From positions 2,848,001-2,912,000 of the forward strand of contig OY970067.1 of assembly GCA_963705305.1 (NCBI GenBank): 64,000 nt of DNA, given 5' to 3'. The notes beneath the pieces are model-generated. The model was not told the origin of the DNA. It did no database searches and saw only the letters and a program-made list of their open reading frames with translations. Origin of the DNA: an uncultured Methylomirabilota bacterium. GTDB lineage: Bacteria > Methylomirabilota > Methylomirabilia > Methylomirabilales > 2-02-FULL-66-22. This document shows positions 29,729-40,237 of the stretch, piece by piece. The translations under genes were made by a program, and so were the position numbers. The first letter of the stretch is position 1. Every line of letters starts with the position of its first letter.

Positions 29729-32552
29729 GTGTACGAACTCAAGCTCTCTGATCCGGCCGCCCGCGACCTCCCGCTCCGGCGGGACATCCGGCTCCTCGGC
29801 AATTTGCTGGGGACGGTCCTGGTCGAGCAGGCGGGGCGCGCGCTGTTCGAGAAGGAGGAGGAGATCCGGAATCTCACTAAGGATCTGCGCCGGGAGTTCA
29901 CGCTCCAGGGCGAGGCGGCCATCGCCCGCCTCACGGAAGATCTGGACCTGCGCGCAGCCACCCAGATCATCCGGGCCTTCACCACCTTCCTCCAGCTGGT
30001 GAATGTCGCCGAGCAGATCCATGACATCCGGAAGTCCCGCTTCCAGGAGCTGCTGGCCCCGGCGGCGCCGCGGCCGGGGTCGCTGGCGGAGGCAGTTGCC
30101 CGCTGCCGCGCCGCCGGCCTCACGGCCGCAGCGCTGCAAGACATCCTCGGCCGGCTGGAACGTCACGCTGGTGCTCACGGCCCACCCGACGGAGGCCAAG
30201 CGGCGAACCATTCTGGGGAAGACCCGCCGCATCTCCGCCCATCTGGCCGCCGTGGATCATCCCCTCGTCACCGCGCAGGAGCGACAGGAGCTGGAGGAGG
30301 CCGTTCTGCGCGAGATCGCGGCCATCTGGCAGAGCGACGAGGTGCGCGCGCGGCGTCCGACGGTCCAGGACGAGGTGCGGAACGGTCTCTTCTACTTCGA
30401 CCAGGTCCTCTGGGAGGTGCTGCCATCCCTCTATCGGGACCTGCGGCGGGCCTTGGCCGCACACTATCCCGAGGCCCGCTTCGCCATTCCTCCCTTTCTC
30501 CGGTTCGGATCGTGGATCGGAGGGGATCGGGACGGAAACCCCCATGTCACGGTGGAGGCGACCTGGGAGACGCTTCGCCTGCACAAGGAGCTGGCCCTGC
30601 GCAAGCACCTGGAGGGACTGTCGCGGCTGTGGGGCGCGCTGAGCCAGTCGGTGGCACAGATGGGAGCCAGCGCCGAGCTGCGGGCCTCCGTGGAAGCGGA
30701 GGAGGCCACCCTCGGCGAGGCGGGACTGTCGCTCCAGGATCGGGACGAGCGAGAGTTCTACCGGCGCAAGCTGGTTTGCATGCACCTCCGTCTGGAGGCG
30801 ACCCTGCGGGCCACCAGCCGGGAGGTCGCCACGGCCCCTTCTTGGGCCTATCGGCGCGCCGCGGAGCTGGCGGCCGATCTCGCCCTGATCCAGCAGAGCC
30901 TCGCAGACAACCGGGGTGGTCGCTGGGCGGATGGGCCGGTCCAGACGGCCATGGATCAGGTGCGGATCTTCGGCTTCCACCTGGCCCCGCTGGATCTCCG
31001 GCAGGATGCCGCGGTCATCCGCGCCGCACTGGCCGAGGTGGCGCGAGCCGTCCGCCTGACGGAGGGCGATCTGCGGGACCTTCCCGAGGCAGAGCGGGCA
31101 GCCCTCCTCACTCGGGAAATCCAGTCGCCGCGCCCCCTCATCCCGCCCGCGCACCTGGCACGATTCAGCCCGGAAACGACCGAGGCGATCGCGCTGTTCC
31201 ACCTCATCCAGCGGGTCTGGACGGAGGAGGCTCCGGAGGCGATCGGCGCCGTCATCCTCAGCATGACCCGGCAGCCCAGCGACCTGCTGGCCACGCTGCT
31301 GTTGGCGAAGGAGGCCGGGCTCCTGGTGCGGGACGGGGAGGAGACGCGGAGCGGCATCGATCTGGCTCCGCTCTTCGAGAAGATTCAGGCGCTGGGGGAT
31401 GCCCCGGCCATCATGAACGCCGTGTACGCCAATTCCGCCTATCGCAGCCACCTGGAGGCGCGCGGGGGCGTTCAGGAGGTGATGCTGGGCTATTCAGACA
31501 GCAGCAAAGACGGCGGCTACCTCACCTCCAACTGGGAGCTGTACGTGGCCCAAGAGGGCCTGGCGGCCGGGGCCGCCGCGGCGGGGGTCCGGCTGCGGCT
31601 CTTCCACGGCCGCGGCGGTACCGTGGGCCGCGGCGGCGGGCCGATGCACGAGGCCATCCATGCGCAGCCGCCGGGGACCGTGCGGGGACGGATCAAGATC
31701 ACCGAGCAGGGGGAGATGATTCATTACAAGTACGGGGATGCGGCCGTGGCCGCGCGCAACCTAGAGTTGGTGGCCTCGGCGGTCCTAGAGACATCAGCCG
31801 GGATCCAGGGGACCACCGCGCTGGATCCGGCTTGGCCCGCCATGATGGCGGCCCTCTCCGAGCGTGCATGCCGGGCCTACCGGGGGCTGGTCGTGGAAGA
31901 TCCCGGCCTCTTCCGGTATTTCCAGGAGGCGACCCCGGTGCAGGAGATCAGCCGGCTGAACATCGCCTCGCGCCCCGCCTGGCGGCGGGCTGCCGGAACC
32001 CTGGAGGACCTCCGTGTGATCCCGTGGGTGTTCGCCTGGGTGCAGAGCCGGCACTACCTGCCCGGCTGGTACGGCCTGGGGGCGGCGCTGGGAGAATTTG
32101 TGGCCGAGGATCCCGTGCGCCACCTGGCGATCCTGCAGCAGATGTATCGCGCCTGGCCGTTTTTTTCCCGGCTCATCGACAACGCGCAGATGACGATGTG
32201 CAAGGCTGACATGGGGATCGCACACCGCTACGCGTCGCTGGTGGAGGACCCTGTGGTGCGCGAGCGGATCTTCGGCCGCATCCGGGAGGAGTACGAGGCG
32301 ACCCGGGCGGTCCTGCTGCGGATCACCCTGCAGCAGGAGCTCCTGGACAACGACCCGGCGCTGCAGCGGTCGCTCCAGCTTCGGAACCCCTACGTGGACC
32401 CGCTCTCGTATATCCAGGTGAGCCTGCTGCGCGAGCTGCGGGCCCTGCAGAAGGCCGGCGTGGGGACCCGGGCGCGCGAGGAGGAGGCCCTGCGGGAGCC
32501 GCTACATCTGACCATCAACGGCATCGCCACCGCCATGCGCTCGACCGGCTGA
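29729..32552 (+). CDS. ppc: Phosphoenolpyruvate carboxylase (apparent 1-bp insertion near 30160)
   Basis: LRRDIRLLGNLLG...NVAEQ in one frame; VLTAHPTE, SWIGGDRDGNP, MLGYSDSSKDGG, FHGRGGTVGRGG, MRSTG in the next. Confidence 0.92.
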
Positions 32553-32593
32553 GATGCGGAAAGGCGGAGGGGGTGCCGTAGGAGCGGAGAGCC

Positions 32594-32785
32594 GTGGCCG
32601 GTTCCGTCAGCAGGCTGGTCTGGCTGAACGGCGAGTACGTGCCCTGGGCGCAGGCCACGGTCCACGTGAGCACGCTGGCGGAGTTCGCGGGGTCCAGGGC
32701 CTTCGAGGGGCTCCGCGGCGACTGGAGTCCGGAGGAGCGGCAGGTTTTGCTGTTCCGCCTGCCGAAATACAAACACTGGCTGGCG
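32594..32785 (+). pseudogene. Internally deleted branched-chain aminotransferase (IlvE-like) remnant
   Basis: VWLNGEYVPWAQATVHV...FEGLR...LFRL fused directly to a C-terminal-like KYKHWL. Confidence 0.6.
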
Positions 32786-32939
32786 CCGTGCTGCTGGGAG
32801 CCGCCGAAGATCAGGCTGCGGGGTGGCCGGGGCTCCTGGCGAGCCGACGGCGACCGCGAGGCATTGGCGATCGAGGGTCCCGCCGGGGGCCCGCCACTGA
32901 CGCGGCGTGGGCGGGGAGCCGCGGGGAAAGGAGCGAGCG

Positions 32940-33668
32940 GTGAGCACCTTGAAGAACCGATGGTTGACCGCAGGAATGGCGAGTGTCCTCACGGCGGCCG
33001 CGCTGCTGACACTCGTGGCCGTCGGCATCCGACCGGCGGCGGCCGACGACGCCCAGGATGCCCGCCAGCTGGTCGAGAAGGCCCGACTGACTTTGGAGAG
33101 TTTCCTGGCCGACCCCCAGATGGGGCCGAACCTCCGCTACTATGTCCCCAAGGCCAAAGGGATTCTCATTTACCCGCAGGTCCTGCGCGGCGCTTTCATC
33201 TTCGGCGCATCCGGCGGCAGCGGGGTGTTCCTGGCGCACGAGGCTGTCGGCGGAAAGTGGACCGGTCCCGCCTTCTACACCATCGGGGAGGCCAGCTTCG
33301 GGCTCCAGGCCGGGGCCGACGCCTCCGAAGTGGTCTTGATTGCGTTGACCGACCGGGGGGTCTCGGCCCTCCTGTCGACCAGTGCCAAGCTGGGGGCCAA
33401 CATCAGCATTGCGATCGGGCCGGTGGGGGCGGGCGTGACCGGGGCCACGGCCAACCTCAGCGTCGACATCGTCAGCTACTCGCGCAACAAGGGGCTGTAT
33501 GGCGGGATGTCGCTGGAGGGCGCGGTGGTGGCCGTGAGGCAGTCCTTGAACGAGGCCTACTATGAGCGGCCGGTTACCCCCACGCAGATCTTGATCGAGC
33601 ACGAGGTCTCCAACCCGCAGGCCGCCGGACTGCTCGAGGAGATAACCAAGGTGGCCAAGGAGAAATGA
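32940..33668 (+). CDS. Lipid-binding SYLF (Ysc84-like) domain secreted protein
   Basis: Signal peptide; AKGILIYP, FIFGASGGSG, SFGLQAG, YSRNKGLYGGMSLEG. Confidence 0.88.
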   Translation: MSTLKNRWLTAGMASVLTAAALLTLVAVGIRPAAADDAQDARQLVEKARLTLESFLADPQMGPNLRYYVPKAKGILIYPQVLRGAFIFGASGGSGVFLAHEAVGGKWTGPAFYTIGEASFGLQAGADASEVVLIALTDRGVSALLSTSAKLGANISIAIGPVGAGVTGATANLSVDIVSYSRNKGLYGGMSLEGAVVAVRQSLNEAYYERPVTPTQILIEHEVSNPQAAGLLEEITKVAKEK

Positions 33669-34060
33669 CCGCCCCTGACGCCGTGTGGCAGCCTGGGCGG
33701 CCCGGGAGGCGGCGTATGCCCCACGAGGCTGGATGACCCCGGCCCGCCGGTATCTCATTCCTTCCACGTCATCACAGGGGCGGCCTCCCTGTTCTCATCC
33801 GAAGCCGCTGGTGCAACCCGCTTGACAACCAGACGCTACTCGAATAGATGTGCACATGAGCCAGCGGGGCTGAGAGACGGCAGCGCGAGGCGACGAACCG
33901 CGCAACCCTCAGTTCCTGGTCGGGCCATCGGCGCCCTGGATTCCTGCCTGGGAGGCGAGAGCCGGGCGCTTCTCTCGAGCAGACCTTTACCCGGGGGAGG
34001 GCGGAGGCGAGGCAAACAAAGCGCGGGAGCAGTCCCGTGCGAAAGGGAGGGGAGGACACC

Positions 34061-34510
34061 ATGGATTCGATCCGTTGGTTCCGGAAGAGCTGTGTGACGC
34101 TTGGGATCGTCTTGGCTGTGGGGGGGTTCGGCCTGTTTGCCGTATTCCCCCAGGTCGCTGCGGCGGCGGACGCCATGACCGAGTTGAAGACGGCCCTTGC
34201 CCATGCCGGATACGCCGCTAAATCCGAGGCCCTGCAGCAGGTACACCTGCACCTCCATCACGTGCTCAACTGTGCGGTCGGTCCTCAGGGCATGGGCTTC
34301 GACGCGGCGGCGGGGAATCCATGCAAGGGACAGGGGGACGGATTCCTTTCCGACCTCAAGACTGCGAAGGGTGAGGACGCACTGTACTACCAGGCGTGGT
34401 GGGCGGCCCACATCGCGGAGCAGGGCATCGCGTCAAATAATTTGGGGGAGGCCAAGGCCGCCGCCCACGTCGTATCGCTGGTGCTCGAAGATGCAACGAT
34501 GGCAAAGTAG
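34061..34510 (+). CDS. Hypothetical secreted His/Cys-motif protein
   Basis: GGAGG RBS, signal peptide, HAG...HLHLHHVLNC...GNPC. Confidence 0.78.
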   Translation: MDSIRWFRKSCVTLGIVLAVGGFGLFAVFPQVAAAADAMTELKTALAHAGYAAKSEALQQVHLHLHHVLNCAVGPQGMGFDAAAGNPCKGQGDGFLSDLKTAKGEDALYYQAWWAAHIAEQGIASNNLGEAKAAAHVVSLVLEDATMAK

Positions 34511-34548
34511 AAATACAGGATAGTCCTCGGCGGTGGAGGTCATCGAGC

Positions 34549-34947
34549 GTGCTGTTCCATCCTCTGGTGGTCCATTTCCCTCTGGCCCTCTGGCTCACCG
34601 GCACGCTCTTTGACATCCTGGCCTGGCGCCGCAGGGATCCGCTGTTCCCCCGGGCCGCCTCGTGGTTGGTGGGGCTCGGCCTCCTGGGGGCTGCGGCGAG
34701 CATTGCCCTGGGGTGGGTGGATCTGTTGAATCTGGAGCAGCAGGGGGTGGGGACGGGCCTCGTGCTGCGCCATCGCCTGCACAGCCTGCTGGCGTATGCC
34801 GCCACGCTGGCGTATGCCGTCAATTTCGTGTGGCGCCGGCGGACACCCGATCGGGTCGGCCTCCCGCTCCTCGCCCTGTCGCTGCTGGGGGCGGCGCTCG
34901 TCGCCGTGGCCGGCTATATGGGCGGGGAGCTCCGGATGGTGATGTGA
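34549..34947 (+). CDS. DUF2231-like four-TM membrane protein
   Basis: HPLVVHFPLAL start, conserved His, GYMGGEL end. Confidence 0.82.
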   Translation: MLFHPLVVHFPLALWLTGTLFDILAWRRRDPLFPRAASWLVGLGLLGAAASIALGWVDLLNLEQQGVGTGLVLRHRLHSLLAYAATLAYAVNFVWRRRTPDRVGLPLLALSLLGAALVAVAGYMGGELRMVM

Positions 34948-35181
34948 CAGTCAGGAGGGAGAAAGCCTGCCACCCGTTGGTATTGGAGAGGCGCCCGAGG
35001 GCTGTGCGCGCCTGGACCATCAGCAGTTTCGCGACGGAGGGATCAAGGTAACAACCCGGAAAGGCAGCCATGCCGGGCGGCTCCCAACTCCAGCTACAGC
35101 GAAAAGCCACTCCGATCCCTCCTTCCTGCAGCCAGGCAAACAACTTTAATAAGTTACCTACGTCCCTTAAGGAGGTCGTCC

Positions 35182-35505
35182 ATGGCGTCGGACAATCGGG
35201 TCCTGCTGACGGTCTTGCTCCATCACGATCAATCGAAGACGCTTGAGGAGATCACGACCCACCTCAAGAAGACGGGGTTCTACCGGGACTTCCCTCCGGA
35301 GGGTGCGGAGCTGGTCTCTTGGGTGGTGGCCATGTCCTATGGATTCCTCATCACGATGCGCGTGGAGCCGGGCGCCTTCCGGAGCGTCAACCGCTTCATG
35401 GAGCAGAAGGCCTGGGGCGCCTTCCGCTACGAGGTCTTCCCCGCCTATGATTTTGCCCCCATCGCAGCCCAGCTCAAGCGCGACCACGCCGTCCCTTCTG
35501 CTTGA
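35182..35505 (+). CDS. Conserved-looking hypothetical protein
   Basis: TAAGGAGG RBS; 107 aa with typical codon bias. Confidence 0.75.
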   Translation: MASDNRVLLTVLLHHDQSKTLEEITTHLKKTGFYRDFPPEGAELVSWVVAMSYGFLITMRVEPGAFRSVNRFMEQKAWGAFRYEVFPAYDFAPIAAQLKRDHAVPSA

Positions 35506-35712
35506 GCCTCTCGCCGGCTGCCTCGGGTCCGGGCGGCTGCTCGGCGGTGAGCTGTCTCTCGCAGGAGCAGCCGCCACCCGGGCGGCTCCGGGGGGCATCT
35601 CACACGCCATGAACGCGGGACGGAAGGCGAGGGAGAGCAAGGAACTGCGCGGCCTCTCAGGGCTGTCCAGCATCCTCGATCGGCGGCCGAGGCGGGCCGC
35701 GGAGGGAGCCAC

Positions 35713-36609
35713 ATGTTCGAGGGCTTTGAGCGGACCGAGATTCGGACGAGCGGCGCGCGGATTCATCTGCGGCATGGGGGCAAGGGGCCGGCGCTCTTGC
35801 TGCTGCATGGAAATCCCCTGACCCACGTGTCGTGGCACAAGATCGCAGGTCGCCTCGCCGCCGACTTCCACATCGTGGCGGCCGACCTGCGCGGGTACGG
35901 TGACAGCGCTGGGCCGGAAGACGGCGGGAACAACCACGTCAATTACTCCTTCCGAGCCATGGCCCAGGACCAGGTCGAAGTTATGGAGGCCCTGGGCTAT
36001 ACGGAGTTCTACGTGGCCGGCCATGATCGAGGCGCCCGCACCGTCCACCGCATGTGCCTCGATCACCCGGCGCGGGTCAAGAGGGCGGCCGTCGTGGACA
36101 TTCTTCCCAACTACCACATCTGGACCCATACGTCCAAGGAGTGGGCCATGAAGTCCTGGCACTGGTCCTTCATGGCGCAGCCGTACGACTTTCCCGAGCG
36201 TATGATGGCGGCGGTTCCGGCCCAGTGGTACATGGAGAAAAAGCTCTCCAAGGCTGGGATCGGACTGGGGTGCTTCAGCCCCGAGGCCTTCGCCGAGTAT
36301 GTCCGCTGCTTCACCTGGAAGACAATTCGGGCCTCCTGTGAAGACTACCGTGCCTGTGCGACCTGCGACCTGGAGATGGATACGGCTGACAGGCAGCGGA
36401 AGGTCGCGTGCCCCCTCCTGGTCATCTGGGGGGCCAAGAGCCACACCGGCACCGTATATGGAGATGTCCTCCGGATCTGGGAGGAATGGGGAGAGCAGGT
36501 TGTCGGCGGTCCAATCGATTGCGGCCACTATGTTCCGGAGGAGGCGCCCGAGGGGACTGCCAGCTGGTTCCTTCGCTTCTTTGGTGAGCCACAGGAGAGG
36601 CGGCGCTGA
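35713..36609 (+). CDS. Alpha/beta hydrolase, fluoroacetate dehalogenase-like
   Basis: LLHG.P, DLRGYGDS, GHDRGAR, WHW, EDYRA, GHYVPEE. Confidence 0.88.
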   Translation: MFEGFERTEIRTSGARIHLRHGGKGPALLLLHGNPLTHVSWHKIAGRLAADFHIVAADLRGYGDSAGPEDGGNNHVNYSFRAMAQDQVEVMEALGYTEFYVAGHDRGARTVHRMCLDHPARVKRAAVVDILPNYHIWTHTSKEWAMKSWHWSFMAQPYDFPERMMAAVPAQWYMEKKLSKAGIGLGCFSPEAFAEYVRCFTWKTIRASCEDYRACATCDLEMDTADRQRKVACPLLVIWGAKSHTGTVYGDVLRIWEEWGEQVVGGPIDCGHYVPEEAPEGTASWFLRFFGEPQERRR

Positions 36610-36786
36610 CGGCGCTGCCCGTCCGGTCGTGATCCTGCCGCGGCGTCTGTGGCAGGGTCGGCCGAAGGCTGACGGCTCGTGTGCTCGCAACGGGCCGAGC
36701 CGGAGCGCGCGGGTGGCGAGGATGCCCTCCAGAGGGTGTCCAGGCGAAGGCGTCTCGTCTCGTGCTGCTGTTGTTCCGGCTTCCGC

Positions 36787-37030
36787 ACAAGTTGCGCTTC
36801 CCCCCTATGGTCATGGTCCTGCTGATGGGTATCCTGGGATATGCCTTGAAGCGGCCGGGATTCGACCGCCTCCTGGTCATCCTGGGGCTGGTGCTTGGCG
36901 GGATGTTGGAGACGACCTTCCGCCAGAGCCTGGAGCTGAGCCGTGGCGATCCGATGATCTTCGTGCAGCGGTCGTTGAGTCTGGCCCCGTTCGTTCTCCT
37001 GACGCTCGTTCTGGGAACCCCTCCGATCAT
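36787..37030 (+). pseudogene. C-terminal fragment of a TctA tripartite tricarboxylate transporter permease
   Basis: MGILGYALKR..F....ILGLVLGGMLETTFRQSL.LS.GD..IFVQR; N-terminal ~400 aa absent. Confidence 0.6.
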
Positions 37031-37279
37031 GAGGGCCATTGCGAGTCACCGACAGCACGCATCGTCGACAAGCTCACGTGCTTGCACCACCAGGAGCAAA
37101 TCATGCTCTGGAGCGCGGCCGAATTGCGCTGCCGTCTGTGCGTGGTGTCCTGCCCCACCGGGAAGCGCGAGTTCCAGGAGCCGACGCACCCGGAGAGACG
37201 GTCGGCCGCCGTGAAGGAATTGCAGGACCTCTGGACGGGGGCGAAGTGGTGGAGACACAGCCGGAATGGAGCGTGACCC

Positions 37280-38449
37280 ATGCGGGAATACGAGCGAATC
37301 CGGGCAGCCGTCATCCGCGGAGGGACGAGCAAGGGCCTCTACCTGCTGGCCAATGAGCTCCCGCAGGATCCCGCTCGCCGGGGCCAGGTTATCCTCCGGA
37401 TCTTCGGGAGTCCGGATCCACGGCAGATCGATGGGATGGGCGGAGCCGATCCGTTGACGAGCAAGGTGGCGATCATCGCCCCCTCGCGCCGCGAAGGGGC
37501 CGATGTGGATTACACCTTCGGCTATGTCGGGATCGAGAAGGCCGTCGTGGACTACGAGGGCAACTGCGGGAACATCTCCCAGGGCGTCGGGCCGTTCGCC
37601 GTGGACGAGGGGCTCGTCCCAGCCACCGAGCCGATCACGACGGTGCGGATCTTCAACACCAACACCGAGAAGCTCATCGAGGCGGCGGTCCCAGTCCGAG
37701 AGGGCAGGGCCCTCACGCAGGGCGACTTCGCCATCAACGGGGTTCCGGGGACCGGCGCCAAGATCCTCCTGAACTTCGTGAACTCCGGCGGCTCGAGGAC
37801 GGGGAAGCTCTTGCCCACCGGGAACACGGTGGATAGGCTGGAACTCGCCGATGGCCGCACCGTGCGGGTCAGTCTGGTGGACGCGGCCAACCCCGCCGTC
37901 TTCGTGCAGGCGGCAGACATCGGCTTTACCGGCAAAGAGTTGCCGAGCGACACCGCCGCGAACCCGAAGATCCTGGAGATCATGGAAGAGATCCGCAGCA
38001 AGGCGGCGGTCATGATGCGCTTGGCCTCCAGTCCGGATCAGGTGGGTCCGGCCGTTCCCAAGGTGGCCTTCGTGGCGCCGCCGCAGGAGTACCAAACCAT
38101 CACCGGGCAGACCATCGCTGCAAGCGACTGCGATCTGCTGGCCCGCACCAAGGCCCTGGCCGTCCTGCACAAAGCCTACGCCGTGACGGGGGGGATCTGT
38201 GTCTCCGCCGCCGCCCTCATCGAGGGTACGGTGGTGAGCGAGATCGTGGGCCCGCGGGCCAAGACGACCGGCCTCGTCCGCGTGGGGCATCCCTCGGGTG
38301 TCTCGGAGTACGTCATCACCGTTGAGAAGAGCCTGTCCGGGGATTTCACACTGACCCGATCGGCCATCGCCGGGACGGCCCGCCGGATCATGGACGGGTA
38401 CGTGTACGTTCCGCGCGCGCTCTTCTTCCCGGAGGAGACAGGCGGGTAG
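37280..38449 (+). CDS. PrpF/AcnD-accessory family isomerase
   Basis: RGGTSKG, QIDGMGGADPLTSKVAI, GNCGN, GVPGTGA, HPSG, TARRIMDG. Confidence 0.92.
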   Translation: MREYERIRAAVIRGGTSKGLYLLANELPQDPARRGQVILRIFGSPDPRQIDGMGGADPLTSKVAIIAPSRREGADVDYTFGYVGIEKAVVDYEGNCGNISQGVGPFAVDEGLVPATEPITTVRIFNTNTEKLIEAAVPVREGRALTQGDFAINGVPGTGAKILLNFVNSGGSRTGKLLPTGNTVDRLELADGRTVRVSLVDAANPAVFVQAADIGFTGKELPSDTAANPKILEIMEEIRSKAAVMMRLASSPDQVGPAVPKVAFVAPPQEYQTITGQTIAASDCDLLARTKALAVLHKAYAVTGGICVSAAALIEGTVVSEIVGPRAKTTGLVRVGHPSGVSEYVITVEKSLSGDFTLTRSAIAGTARRIMDGYVYVPRALFFPEETGG

Positions 38450-39019
38450 GGCTCTTAGGACGTTATGACGGGACGTAGGTTCTCAAGTGCATTGTGGTAT
38501 TCCGTCGGGTTCCACAAACGTGAGGACGCCTCCCCGGCCTCAGAAGAGAACCTGCTTTGGTGGACGTTGTTTCCAGGTTGACTTTCGCCCCGCCGCTCCC
38601 GATCGAAGCTCGGCGCAGTCACCCTTCTATCACGCGATGACAATGGGGGACGGGCATGAAATTATGCCTTTCTCCGGTTGCCCCCTCCTGCATTGTTCTT
38701 CCCCGGGCCGAGCGCCGTCGTGCCACCGTGGCTTGTCGAAGCGTGCGGAGCCGCGCAGCCCGGCGATTGCGTCAGGGCTAGGCGGAGGAGGGCAGCCGGC
38801 TCGGGCTATCGGCGCAGGCGGGTGACGAGTCTGTCGCGGGGTGATGCCCGCGAAGGAGCCGGTCAGAGCGGTTGGGCGGCCCGGACGCGCAGCAGGCGGC
38901 CGAAAACCCGGCGGCCAGCCCTGGGGTGGGATGTGATGGGATGGGGGCCAGCCATAGTGCCGCTGTGTAACGTGCCTCACGGAAAGCGCCAAATCATCAA
39001 AAAATCTGAATAAATTCTC

Positions 39020-39049
39020 TTGACAACCGATTTCGTCCAAGTATATTGT
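39020..39049 (+). promoter_or_regulatory. Sigma70 promoter of the dcw cluster
   Basis: TTGACA 39020-39025, TATATT/TATTGT 39042-39049, AT-rich UP-like tract upstream. Confidence 0.75.
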
Positions 39050-39057
39050 GCGCCAAG

Positions 39058-39126
39058 TGGTGGGATGAAGTGGGATAAAATGGTATAGTATCCCATCAAG
39101 TCCCATCGAGTGGAACCTGATGGGTG
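39058..39126. promoter_or_regulatory. MraZ-binding boxes (10-bp-phased TGGGA repeats)
   Basis: TGGGA 39061, 39071; TGGTA 39081; TCCCA 39091, 39101; TGGAA 39111; TGGGT 39121. Confidence 0.8.
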
Positions 39127-39130
39127 TGCC

Positions 39131-39568
39131 ATGTTCCGTGGCCGCGTCGAACATGCCATCGATGACAAGGGGCGCCTGAGCATCCCGGCGAAGTTCCGCG
39201 AGGTGCTCCGGAAGCAGAAGGACAAGACGCTGGTCCTCACCAGCTTCGACGACTACATCACGGCCTTTCCCCTGAAGGTCTGGCGGACGATCGAAGATCG
39301 TATTCGCAGCAATCCCATGTTCAAGCGGGACATGCGTGATTTTCTGCGGCTGGTCTACTCGTCGGCCGAGGATGCGGAGCTGGATCCCCAGGGTCGCATC
39401 CTCATCCCGCAGAGCCTGCGCCAGCGTGCGGGGATCACGCGGGATGTGGTGATCATCGGGGTGATGGATCAGATCGAGATCTGGGATCGGGCCCGCTGGG
39501 GGGCACGACAGGCCGCGGCCCCCTCGCCCGAAGAGCTGTCGGCGAAGCTGGGCGAGCTGGGCGTGTGA
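39131..39568 (+). CDS. mraZ: Division/cell-wall cluster transcriptional repressor
   Basis: IDDKGRLSIPAKFR, LDPQGRILIP, IEIWD. Confidence 0.96.
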   Translation: MFRGRVEHAIDDKGRLSIPAKFREVLRKQKDKTLVLTSFDDYITAFPLKVWRTIEDRIRSNPMFKRDMRDFLRLVYSSAEDAELDPQGRILIPQSLRQRAGITRDVVIIGVMDQIEIWDRARWGARQAAAPSPEELSAKLGELGV

Positions 39569-39645
39569 GGGAGTGCGGCGACGGGCGGCCTGACGGCCTT
39601 CGGCCGCATGCGGGAGGCGAGATGGCAGCGGATCGCAGATGCGAC

Positions 39646-39795
39646 ATGCAGACACTCCGGGCGATGCGGCGCCGGGCGGGATTGGCCCGGCGCGCCGCCG
39701 ACTGGTTCTGGCGAATTCGAGGGGGACGCCTTCCCGAGCCGCCGGCAAAGCCCGTACTGGACATGAACCGGATCCGCCGGATCGCGTACCTCTAG
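39646..39795 (+). CDS. Possible small basic protein
   Basis: 49 codons ending ...LDMNRIRRIAYL*, stop abuts the RBS of the next gene; start uncertain. Confidence 0.35.
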   Translation: MQTLRAMRRRAGLARRAADWFWRIRGGRLPEPPAKPVLDMNRIRRIAYL

Positions 39796-39805
39796 GAGGG
39801 AGCAC

Positions 39806-40180
39806 ATGGACGTTCGCTGGTCCGAGGCGCACAAGGTGGCGGTAATCGACCCGCAAGGCGAGCTGGGCATCCGGACGATGGTGGAGATCAAGAACGCCAT
39901 CGGCAGCCTGCTGCATGATGGATGTCGGACACTGATCCTGGATTGCCGAGGTGTCACGCGGCTGGAGGCCATGAGCCTGGGAGTGCTGGTGGAGCGGTTG
40001 TGCCGCAGCCGCGAGGTCGGCGGAACACTGGCCCTGACCAATCTCAACCCGGACCTGGTAGCGCGGATGCAGGAGCTGCGGGTGCACTCCCTTTTCCAGA
40101 CGTTCGATTCCGTGCCGGCGGCCCTGGAATCCTTGGTTGGGGCGCAATCCGACGCCGTGGCGGCGTGCCTGGCGGCGTAG
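39806..40180 (+). CDS. STAS domain (anti-sigma-factor antagonist-like) protein
   Basis: PQGEL, LILDCRGVTRLEAMSLGVLV, GGTLALTNL, LFQTFDSVPAAL. Confidence 0.82.
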   Translation: MDVRWSEAHKVAVIDPQGELGIRTMVEIKNAIGSLLHDGCRTLILDCRGVTRLEAMSLGVLVERLCRSREVGGTLALTNLNPDLVARMQELRVHSLFQTFDSVPAALESLVGAQSDAVAACLAA

Positions 40181-40237
40181 GTCCGGCCCGCCGGGCGGTC
40201 GATCCCCCTGGGGCGGTCCGGCCAGCGTGATGTCGCC

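Noticed and set aside
29612..32209. 865-aa ORF as a novel protein
   Set aside because: It is the PEPC N-terminus followed by out-of-frame sequence after the indel
33860..33960. TPP riboswitch (GGGCTGAGA motif)
   Set aside because: Lacks the CCTGAT/TAATGC...GCG.AGG core, and the downstream gene is unrelated to thiamine
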